Source: Candidatus Omnitrophota bacterium (GTDB lineage: Bacteria > Omnitrophota > Gorgyraeia > 1-14-0-20-64-10). Taken from it: a DNA stretch of 64,000 bases. The position numbers were made by a program, and so were the translations under genes. The DNA lies in NCBI GenBank assembly GCA_023248155.1, contig JAHFFE010000004.1, forward strand, positions 4,248-68,247, in the 5' to 3' direction. Of this stretch, positions 27,001 through 39,000 are shown piece by piece; positions within the stretch are counted from its first letter, which is position 1; each line of letters opens with the position of its first letter. The notes beneath the pieces are model-generated. The model made no database searches. It worked only from the letters and a program-made list of their open reading frames with translations, and was not told where the DNA came from.

Positions 27001-30000
27001 AGCGGGCGGACTTCAATCACGACAACCGCATTGATAAACTCGACGAACGCGTTCTGCAATCCACGCTGCGCGACCGCGACTATTACCGCTTGAGCGATCT
27101 GGATCAGGACGGCAAAGTGACGGCCGCGGATCTGGCGATTTATCAAAGCCTGCCGGAACGTTCGAGCACGCTGGCGGCCCAGGAGATGACGTTTGGCGGC
27201 CAGGTCTACCGCCTGCGTTATGACAAAAAGAATGCAGGCTGGCTGTTTGAAGACTCCACGGGCGGCGTGACGCGCTCTTACCGCGAGGATTTATACGGCA
27301 GCCGTAATTTCGTGGACATTCAGGGCGTGAAGTACCTGATTCTCGATCCGAATCCCGTGACCGGCATTTTCCGGATTGTGCGCGACCGCGACGGTGATAT
27401 TGACAAAGATGGCGTGATTGATGCGGCCGATGAAGCGGACATGCGCGCGGCCGCGGTCTTTCCGCGTGAACTCAAGGAAGGCGTGGATTTCCTGCGGCGC
27501 TCCGGAAGCTGGACGCTCGATGAGACTTCGGTCAAGACAAGTCAATCCGGCGCGGCGATCGATTACCGTTTTGACGTGCCGACGGCGGGTGACTACGAAA
27601 TCGGCCTGCGCGCTCTCAACGGCGCAGGCATAGCCGAAGGTTATCAATTTAAACTCAATATGTTTGTCGACGGCGAGTTCACGGAAACCCTGCAGGTGGA
27701 TGCCGGCGACCCGGCCAAGGATTACGGTGCTTACCAGAATCTGAATGCGGGCCTGGTCAATACGGCCGTGCTTGCGGATCTGATCGCCAATCCTGCGGAT
27801 GCGGCGGCGGTTTATGCCGACATCGCGGGCTGGAGAGTTTTCTATGATACGGGCAAAGCCCGCCTGGCCGCGCAAATGAAAGACGGGCGCGTAGGCCGTC
27901 TGATGGAATTCAAACACGATAACGCCGGCGCGGTCATTGCCGCTGATGTTTATGATCTCGGACAATCGCAGCCGGTGCTGGATACGCTGGCGGCTTACTG
28001 GAGTCTGGAACGCGGCCGCATCATTGCGCGCGATGCGCAGCTGGTTTCGCGCGTGTTTATGGCCAGTGGCAGTGCCATCGGCGCGGCCGATGTCAATGCG
28101 GACGGCCTGGTCAACCGCATTTACCGCGAGAGCGCGGGAATCCGGGATACGTACACGCTTGCGGCCGAACTTGCGCTGAGCGACAGCTTAAGCGCTTACG
28201 CCGGGGCGACGGCGCGCACGGCCCGGGCCTGGCTGGCCGCCGACGGCAGCGTGCGCGGCAGTACCAGTCTGAATGCCTCAGGTCTTGTGACCAGCCTGGC
28301 CCTGGATTATCCGGAAGCCGGTTATCAAGACCGCTACACGTTTAAAACGCCGGCGGCGCTGGGAACAGACATGGCGGGTTATCTTGGCGCCGGCGGTATT
28401 CCTGCGGCCGGGACGGCCCTTCTGACCGGCCGCACTTTCCGTAAAAATGGCCGGCCGTTTGTGGATCTGACCGTCAATAAAGACGGCCAGGCCATCGGCC
28501 TCGCCGCGCTGGTGACGGATGACGCCGGGAATATTTATTCCAGCGACCGCTATCGTTTTGCCGGCGCTTTGAACTTGACGGCGAATTATTTGGAATATTG
28601 GAATGACGCCGGCAATGCGCCGGTGCCTCAAAATGCCGAGTTGTGGTCGCGCCAATATTATGACGACGGCCTGCCCTGGATGGGCGTGGGGATTGCGGGC
28701 GGCCAGGCCGTTTCCGTGGACCGCTATCAAGCAGGCCTGTATGGCCAGGTGGCGGAGTCCTATCATTACGCTTTGAGCGAAGCCTCAACGCTTGCGGCGG
28801 ATCCGGCGTCCTATTGGAATTTCAATGCCGGCCGTCCGGCGGACGCGAGCGCCAAAAATTCCGCACGCCGGGCCTATGATGAAGACGGGGAATTGCTCTA
28901 TCAGGAGGTTTTCGCCTCCGCCGCGCTGGGCGCGGGCACGCGCGACGTGCGCTTTGTCTGGGCCAACCCGGTGTCGGCCAATGCCGAACTGGTGTTGAAA
29001 AAGGCCTTTCTGCGCGGCGCGGAAAAACGCACGGACCTCAATCAGGACGGATTTACCGACCGCGCCGATCTCGCCTTGTTCCTTAAAGACAGCGCGCTCG
29101 CGGGCCGGGTCGATACCGTCACGCTTGAAAATACGAACTTCCGCATCCTGCACCGTATGGACGGCACCTTTACGGTGACGGGCGGCACGCAAACCGTGGA
29201 AAGCGATGCCTCGGGCCGGTTTGTCACGCTGAAGATCGGCACTCAGGACAAAGCCTATATTCTGCAGAAAGATCCGGCGGATTCCCAGGGCGTCAAGATG
29301 CGTTTGGCGGAAAATGTCCGGACGGACACGGATAAAGACGGCTTTGTCGATGCCAAGGACCTGGCGCTCATGCGCCATGTGATCAGCGCTCCGCCGGTCG
29401 CGCTTAATGCAGTTGAGGCGCAGAGTTGGGAGCAAGGCAGCGTTTATGAAATGGACATCAGCGAACGCGGCGACTATGCGCTTGGTCTTTCCTACCAGCG
29501 CGATAGCAATGCCAGCGCGACCGGTACGGCCAAGTTCCAGATTTATTTAGACGGCACGTATGCGGGGCTGGTGGAGTTTTCGCATGCTCCCGCCACGCTG
29601 CAGACGGCCGGGCTGGCATTGCCCATGGGACCCGGCCGCCACCGCATCCAGATCTTCGGTTCGGAAACCGCGGATTATGGCATGGGCCCGGTGGTTTCCG
29701 GAACAGCCGCGCTGCAGGAACGCTGGATTTTTGACCGCCGCGGCGATCTGGATGGCAATCATCGCGTCACATACGAGGACTTTACCGTTTTTGCCAATGA
29801 GTTTGGCTCGTCCGCGCTGGTCTATCCGCTTGCGGCCCATAACTTCCCGGGAACGGGCAGCCGCCGCGTGTTTGTGCTCGACAACTTGGACGGCAGTTTC
29901 ACGGTTTCTGACGGGCAGAAAAACTGGATTTCAGCCAAAGACGGCAAGCTTGTATTCATCGAAGACGGGGCCGGCAAGCTGCAGGATTATATTTTGCAGG

Positions 30001-33000
30001 TCGATGCGGCTGCGCGCGAAGCGCGTTTGACGGAGCGTTTGCCGGAAGATCTCAATTATGACGGAACGGTGAACAGCGCTGACCGCACGGTGATGGAAGG
30101 CTACCTTGATCAAACTTATCTGGACCGTGCGGGTACGGATTTCAAGACGATCGATGCCGGCTGGCGCTATGTGAAAAGCGGCGTGATGGGCACGGCCGGC
30201 TCCAACAGCCTGACCTATGAATTCACGCTGGACGATGAACGCGATTACCTGGCCGGCGCTTTGGTCGGCGTGACCGGAACCCTGCCGGCGGACAAGAAAA
30301 TCAAAGTCGAACTCAGCCTCGATCCTTCCGGTATTCGCCAGACTGTGGAATTGACGCCGGATGCTTCCGGTCTGATCAATCTGCCGGCGCGCCTGAACAC
30401 GCATCTGGATCCGGGCACCTATCAACTGCGCGTGCGCTGGCTGAATTCAGTTGATTTCCCGGGTGCGGAGTTCCGCGTCAGCCAGGCCTTCGTGCGCGAC
30501 GGCGCGATTCCGGATTCTGCCGACTTGGACAAAAACGGCATTTTTAATTTTGACGATTACCACCGTTATCTGGATGAAGTGCCGGAAACTGCGCCGCAGG
30601 CTCTGAATGTGGGCGGGGCAGTTTATCATGTCGCGCGCACGCCAAAAGAGCCGGCCGCTTTCACCTTTACGGACATTCAGACCGGCCAGCGCATTCGCAC
30701 GGAGCCCGGCATGCGCGAAGTCAAACTTCTCCTCATGGACTACGCGATTCAGGAAACAGAAGGGGGCTTGATCCGCCTGGCCCAAATCAAGACGAGCGAT
30801 TTTAACCATGACGGCCTGGCCGATTTGGCCGACCGCCAGCTTTTTACCGCTAACCTGGCCCTTTTTACGGCGGAAAAAGCGGCCATGGATTATGCGCGCA
30901 AAGACGGCAGTTTTGCCGGTCAGGATCCCTGGGCCACCTCCGACGGCTTGAACCTGCGGACGTCCGTGGAACGCTCCGTGACGTATGCCTTTGACGTGCC
31001 GCAAGCCGGACGCTATGTGTTTGGCGCCAGCGGCGGAAATTTCTCCGCGGACGGAAGTTCCACTCTCGCGGATTCCGGCTACCAATTCCGTTTAGCCGTT
31101 GAAATCAACGGCCAGAAAAAAGGCGAAATCCGCCTGGATGCCGGCGGCACAATCCTTGGAGAAACCCCGCTGGATCTTACGCAAGGCTCCAATAACATCA
31201 CGCTGCGCTGGATCAATAAAGCCGAGGCGGGCGCGCCGGCAACCCTGAAGCTGAACCGGGTTTTTGTGCGCGCTGAGGCGCAGGATAGGCGTTTGGACTG
31301 GAACCGGGACGGTCTTGTGAGTTTGAGCGACGCAGACAGCGCGATACCGCAAAATATGCAGACGCTCTACCTGAGCGCGCAGAAGACCTGGAAGATTATC
31401 CAGCCCGTCGTGCCGGGAGCTCCGGTGGTTTTTTACAGCGGGACTGAACGGGTCGCCAGCGACGCGGACGGAAAATTTGTCACGCTGGACAATGTCCTTT
31501 ATGCGCTCAAGTATTATCCGGCGGAAGGGGTTTATACCGTCGAAGAAATTAAAGCAGGCGATCTGGATCGTGACGGTAAGACCGATTCGAATGATTACAG
31601 CGCGCTGCTGGCTGAAACACAGAAATTTTCACAGACGTTGAAGGGGACGGACTTTGACACCAAGGATACGGCCTTCCGTCTGCAGGGGGCCGGTGCGATT
31701 GTCAGTTCGAAAAATGCTTCCGCGCGTTACAGCGTCACGGTGCCTGAGGCGGGCTGGTACGAGATTGAACTGGACGGCGGCGCGTCCGATGCCGGCCAGG
31801 ACTTCTTTGCTTTCCACGTGGGTCTGGATGTCAACAATGCCGGCAGCGGAGAATATCATCTTGCGGCCGGGGCTTATAAGCCGGAACTAGGCCGCCGTAT
31901 TCTGCGCGTGCACTTGAATCAAGGCCGTAACCTGCTCGATTTTGACTGGACCAATTCGGCGGAGGCGGCGGGCCGGAATTTTGTGATCCGGTCCGTGGCG
32001 GTGCGTGCCGCGGCAGTGCAGGATCCGTTTGATTTAAATCACGACGGCTCGGTCACGCTGGCGGACGCTTCCCGCTGGCTGGAACTGAACCCGGAGGAAC
32101 GCGATTATCACAGCTTATCCGTCAACGGCGTGGCTTATACCGCGCGCCGTACTCCGGAGGGCGCGCTGGCCTTCCGTAAAAATCTGACGAACGTGGCCAC
32201 CTATGTCAAACCCGGCCAGGACGAAGTGATTCTGGAAGACAAAACCTGGCTGATTTTCAGCGACAGCCAGACGGGGGACATCAGCCTGCGCGAAAAACTG
32301 AACGGCGATATCAACCGCGACGGCCGCGTCAGCGCCGAAGATCTGGACGCGCTCAACGAAATGGCGGCCCGGGAATCCGTGCGTCTGCTGGCGCGCGATT
32401 ATGACGTCAAGGGGCCGGACTGGGTCATGACGCCCGAAGGCCGGCTCGTCAGCGAGAAAAATACCAGCATTACGTATGAATTCAACGTGGAAACCGACGG
32501 CTGGTATGACGCCGCTCTGGTTTACCGCAATACGGTGCCTATGGATTGGTACCGTTTCTTTCTGAACGTGCGCGTGGACGGCGCTTCGCCCGAAGCGCTG
32601 CGCGTTCCGAGTGCCGCGGCCTTTAATGAAACCGGCAGCCATGTTTATCTGACAGCCGGCCGTCACCGCGTCCAGTATGAGTGGATCAATGAAGGGGATT
32701 CAAATACCGATCTAGCCGCAGCCGCGGCAAACGTGGAGTTGACCGGGCCGGCTGCGCTCGAAGTCGACGGATTTATCCTGCGTCCGGCGGCCATGCCCCG
32801 GACTGCGGATTTGACCGGCGATGGCATTGTCGACGTTCAGGATGTGATCCGCTGGAAACTGCTCAATCCGGACAGCGCCTTCTTGCAGGCGTTGGAAGTT
32901 GGCGGCAAGCGTTACGAGGTTGAAAAATTGGCGAATGGCCGGTTTTTATTTTTTGATACGGCGGCGAATCAAACAACATCCAGTGAAACTGGCCGCCGGC

Positions 33001-36000
33001 GCGTGACGCTGGAAGGCCAGCCCTATGTCATTGTGGATGCAGCTGGCGGACTCGTGCAGCTGGTAACGCAGGATCCGGCGGATGTCAATCTGGATGGCGT
33101 TGTGAGCGCTGCCGACCGGGAATACGTTGATCGTCAGGCCGGCTATTATGGCGAACGTCTCAGCGGTCAGAATTATCTGACGCAAGACGGCGGCTGGACC
33201 CATGATGCCTACGGCAGCATGCTCAGCGGGACGCAGAGCATGCCGGGCAGCAGCAGCGCGATTCGCTATCGCTTTGATGTGCCGGCCACCGGCTACTACG
33301 ATCTCGGGCTTGTGATCCAAAGCGCCCTGCCGGAAGCCGCCGCGGCCGATAATCGTTTCTTTATCAATGCCACCGAAGGCGGAGAAGAACTCGGTCAATG
33401 GCGGTTTGACGCGGGTGCCTCCGGCCCGCAGACAAGAACCTTGCGAGTTTATCTTGAAAAGGGCCTGCGCGATCTGCAGTTTGCGCTTGAGAATCCGGCA
33501 GAAGCCGGTTCGGCCAACCGCTGGAAAATCCAGGAAATTTACCTGCGTGACCGCCGGTTTGATATATCGCTCGACCTCAATCAAAACCATTTGATCGATC
33601 AGGGTGATCGCGAGGCTTATCAGCGCAGCACCGGTTTCAGCGGAGAAATCGCAGCCGTGGATCTGGCGGGCGCGAAATATGCCGTGATCAAACTGCCGGG
33701 TGATCTTTATGAACTGCGGCCGTATGCCGGCGGCGCCGTGCGGCGCACGTCCGCAGACCACCGCGTGCTGATCGAGAACAGAGAATATATTCTTTTTGAA
33801 GTCAAAGAGGGCGCGGCCAAGGGGCAGGTCTATTTGACCGAACACGCGCCGGCCGATGTCAATCTGGACGGCCAGGTCAATGCGGGCGACCTCGAAATCA
33901 TGGACCGCTTGGCAGACCGCGCCCAGGCCCGCTTCAGCGCGCTGGAATACGCCAGTCTTGACGGCAGTATGTCCATCCCGGCAGCCGGCCAGGAGGAACA
34001 CGGCTGGAAGATCGGGGCGGGTTATACCACGCTTATCGCACAAAATGAAAATGCCGCCTTGGGCTTTGACTTTACGGCTGACCAGGCGGACACGTATGCC
34101 GTGGGCCTGAGTCTGCGCGATGCTTCGAACTTTGACATGCCGGCGGATTATCAATTTGCCTTGGAAGTGCTGGTGGATAACACCCATACCACGACCGTCA
34201 GCGCGCACCTAAATCGCAGCGGTTTTATCCAATTGGATACGAATGTGAAAATGGCTGCGGGGGATCATACGATCAAATTCCGCTGGGCCAATCCGGTGGA
34301 AAATACGCTGCGCCCGGCGCTGGAATTCGGCGATGTGCTGATCCGGCCCGCCGGTCTGGGGGTAGCCCCTGATTTTACGGGCGACGGCCTGGTGACGGAT
34401 GCGGACGTTGACGCGTTCCAGCGGCGGTTTGCAGATGCTTCGGCTTATCAGAAAATCCAGCTTGCGGGCGTGACGTATGCGGTCCTGCGCCATCCGGACG
34501 GCACGACCACCTTTATCTCCGGCCAGAACCGTGTGCGTTCTTCGGCGGATGCGTTCGTCACCCTGGGCGGCGTGGTCTACCATGTGGTGACGGATTCCGA
34601 AGGCCGCATTATTCTCGGCGAAAAACCCGCGGGGGATGTGAATCAGGATGCGCTGGTCAATTCCAGTGATGCCGCGTTTATTTACAGTCAGTTCGGCCGT
34701 CAAAACGCCGAGGCGGATCTGAACCGCGACGGCCGGGTGAACATGGCGGATCTGCTGCCGATTCTGCCGCAGGCCGGCGATACGCGGTTTGCCAGCGTGT
34801 TGACGCTCGACGGCCAGCAGACGCTGGTCTATCCGGAAGCGGACGGCCGCATTGCGGTGCAAAAAGGTGCGGAGTATGCCGTCAGTGACAGCACGAATAC
34901 CTGGGTGCAGGTAGACGGCAAGAAATACTGGATTCAAAAAGACAGCGCGCAGAATTGGAAACTTGTTGAGTTTACCGCCGGCGACGGCACGCATGACGGC
35001 ACGGTCGATAACGCGGATCGCAATCTGCTAGCCGCGCGGCTTGGCCAGCAAGCCCTGCAAAATTTCATGGCCGGCCAAACCACCGAAATGAACGGCTTTG
35101 CGGCCGCGGGCACAACGCTCAAAGCCATCGTGGCCGATCAGGCCAATTACCAGAATACCAATTATTTTTATGCGGATTTTGCGCCTGTAACCGGCGGTGC
35201 GCGTTATGACATTCAGATCAACGGCGCTTCGCCCGCCGATGCGTCACTGCCGCCGGAAGGTTATGCCTACCAGTTCAGCGTTTACGTGGAGAACACCCAG
35301 ACGCCGGCAGGCCAATTGACCCTGCCGCTTTCGGCGTCCGCAAGCATTTCCGGTAAACTCGAATTGGATTTAACCAGCCTGCCGCTTGCCGCGCACAAAC
35401 TGCGGCTGGTTTGGACCAATCCGATCTATAATCAAAATCCGGCTCAGCCGAAGTACGGCCTGCAGATTACCAGCGTGCAGGTCCGTTCCCAAGCGTATGA
35501 CGCGCTGCTTGATTTGGATCCGGACGGCATTCTGACCACGGCGGATCTGGCGATATGGGATGCGATTCCTGCGGCCAGCCGGCAGGGGCGCGTTTCGGTG
35601 CCAGCGCCGTCTGCCTGGACGGAAACCGGTGCGGCCCGGGCCTTGCTTCTGGCCACGCCGCTGAAAGTCAGCGGAACTTCGGCGTGGACGAGTGCCGGCC
35701 AATTCGCGCCGCTGAGCGGCAGCTGGCAGTATGACGGTCTGCGCATGAAGTCCACGGCCACGGCCCAGCAAGATCTGCCTGCGGCCGTCAACCAGCTGGC
35801 GGCGGCTGGGCAAGTGCCTCTTAATTTTGATCTGGAAGGCCGCCTGCAATGGGATTGGAGCACCGGCGCGGCCAAAGCCGGATTCTATGTGCGCTACCTG
35901 GATGCAAATAATCTGCTCAAAGTGGAATTGGACCGCACGTCCGGCCGCCTGGCCTTGATCAGCATTGCTGCCGGCAAGAGCCGCGAAATTTCCACGGTCA

Positions 36001-39000
36001 CGCTGGAGGACGGCATTGACTTCGGCCATATCTATGACTTAAAGATTGCCGCGCGCGGGGATGTCTATACGGTCCTGCTGGATGGCGTGGAGCAGCTGCA
36101 CGCGCGCGTTGAAGGGCCGGCGAGCGGCGCGGCCGCCATTTTTGCCGACGATGCGGCGATCAATTTTGACGGCCTCACGCTGACGTCGTATGCCGCGCAG
36201 GCCATGGACCTCTATGTCGTCCGCAAGAGCGGGGACCGTTTTATGTTTGAGCATGCGAGTGACGCGGAGCGCAACGCCGAGTCGGACCCCGCGAAGAATA
36301 CGGTCACGCTTGACGGCCGGGTTTTCCGTCTGCAGGACGGCCGGCCCGCGGCCGGGCTTTTGGCCGTATCCGTTGAGCCCAAAGCTTCCGCGCGCGTGCC
36401 GGGCATGCTGCTGGAAACGCGCGATACACTTTATGACGTGGAACGCAGTGAAGCCGGGGTTTATACGTTTACGGATACGGCCGGCATTGAAGCGCCGGTT
36501 TCGAGCACGCTTGAAAATAATGCTCCGGTGGCCGTGCTGAACGACCGCAAATTTAACATTCTAAGTTTAACTCCGGACACGCTCCGGCTGGTGCCGGTGG
36601 TGATCCAGGCGCCGTCGGTGACTCAGGACAAACTGGTCAGCGTGCAGGGCGTGGTTTACCAGGTCAACGCGATTGAGAACAATCAGTTCCGCCTGACGCA
36701 AATCGACACCGGCGCCGTGCAGGAAACAGTGCAGGGCCAGGTCAGCTTGAACGGCATCGTCTTTACGGTCCGCTCTGAAAACGGAATCATCCGGATTGTC
36801 CGGCCCGTGCTGACAAGCACGGCGTCTGCGGGGCAGATGATTCATGCGGCCGGCGGCTGGTATGAGGTTACTTATGACGCGGGGGCAGACCGTTATCATT
36901 TTGCGCGCCAGGACGGGCTGAGCGCTGACTCCAATGCCTTTGACGGCACGGTGGTCTTGGACGGCCGGCTGTATGAAATCCGCGTGCTGGACCCGGCCGG
37001 CCATATCCGCCTGCTGGCTAAAGGCTCTGCGGCCGGTGAGACGGCAGCGCATCGTGTTCTTCTGAATAACAGACTGTTCGAAATTAAAAAGCAGGGCAGT
37101 CAGTTTATTCTGACCAATACGGTCAATGCGGCGGAACACTACGAATCGCAAAACGGCCGTGTGACGGTGACGGATATTGCCTATGACATTACGACGGATG
37201 CCGCGGGATCCGTCATCCTGCGCCAAGCCAGCGCGGGGGCGATCGCCTCAGGCGAGGCCGTTATTCGTCTGGCGGACGGGGAGTATTTCTACACGCTGGA
37301 ATCCGGCCGTTGGCGTTTGCGCCATAAGGCGAGCGGCGCCGAGTATCTGGAAACGGCCGCGGGCCAGATTACAATCGAAACGGCAGTCTATGAAACGGAC
37401 CACAGCGCGCCGGAGACGCATTATCCGCGTCTGCGTTTTGCGCCGGTGCTGAGTACGGCGGCGGATGCGGGATCTTGGACGCCGCCGGTCAAAACTCCGC
37501 GCGTCATCGGGCCAGCGGCCAGCGGCACCAAGACACTGTTCGCTTACGGCAGATATTATGATGTGCGCGCTGAAGGCGATGAATTTGTCTTCACTGACGT
37601 GTTGACGCCGGCCACAACGTTTACCAGCGTCAACCGCCGGATCACTCAAATCGGCAGCCGTGAGCTGGCGGTGGAAGCAGGTTCGGATGGTTCAATCACG
37701 CTGCTCATGCCGCGCAAAACTTCTGAAGCGGTCAGCGTCCAATCCGTGGAAGTCTATGATCCGGCCGCAGGCAAAGGCCGGGTTTGGGATTACACGCGCT
37801 CAGGCAGCGTATTTACATTTACGTCCCAGGACAGCGCGGACGCGCTCAGCAGTGCGGACGGCAAGCAAGTAGTTCTGAGCGGGCGGACGTATGACATCAG
37901 CCTGATTAATGAAGCCTCGCTGTCCATTCAATTGTCGCTGGCCGCTGTTGAGGCCCAGCGGAACTTTGACCAGGTGATTCAAGCCGGCGGCGCGGAATAC
38001 AAAGTCAAAGCATTGTTTGCAAATGGCATCCCTACAGGCCATTACCAGTTCTTTGATGCCGCGGGTGTTCTGGCGGCTGCGACGTTCGCGGACATCGATC
38101 GTCCGGGCGAATTCCGCGTCACTCTAGACGGAGTGACCTATGAAATCAGCCATGATCCACTGACGCGTGATCTGGTGCTGGAACGCCTGCGCGCGCGCAG
38201 CCGTCCGCTGAATGACGACACGATCCTGATTTATACGGACAATCCTGAGAACGGCGTACGCTACCAGGTGAGTGCGGCCGCCGGCGGCGTTTATGTCTTC
38301 CGCAACGAAACCAGCGGCGTGGAATTCCGCAGCCTGGCGGACGGGCTGAGCGTGGTGATTGACGGGAAACTTTATACGATTCAAACCGGACGCACGCCGG
38401 TGCTTGTGACCGAAAAATCGCCTGCCGATATCACCGGCGACGGCCTGATGGACGGCCGTGATCGCCTGGCACTTGAAGACATGGCCGCCGAGCAGGCGTT
38501 TATCGATCGTGCCGACATTACGCAGGACGGCAAGGTCGATCGCGCCGACTACCGGCTGTTTGCCGGCAGCAAGGATGCCTTCCGCGACGTCAACGCGGAC
38601 GGATCGGTCAACAAGCAGGACTTGCAGGACCTGAATTTGGCCGCGGAGTATGCGCGCAACACCTACCGCCAGAATAAGGCGCTGGAATTTGATTCGGTGG
38701 TCAATCCATTCTACAGCGGCATGGCCTCGCAGCCCGCTTGGCTTTCCACATGGCTGTCGCGCTATCTGCCGGAATTTGATTCGCAAAAACTGGGCAACGG
38801 CCGCATTGAAATCGATGACGTGGTTGAATTCAAGCAGGCCTACCGCATGCTGGAATATCTGGACGATCTTGACGGCAGCGGCGCGGTGGATGAGGGCGAT
38901 CTTCAATATATCCGTGACCTCATGGGGCTTTTTAATCTGCTTAAAAAATACCGCGAAAATAATTCAGAACTGATGCCCAAGGCGCTGGTGGATAACTTCA

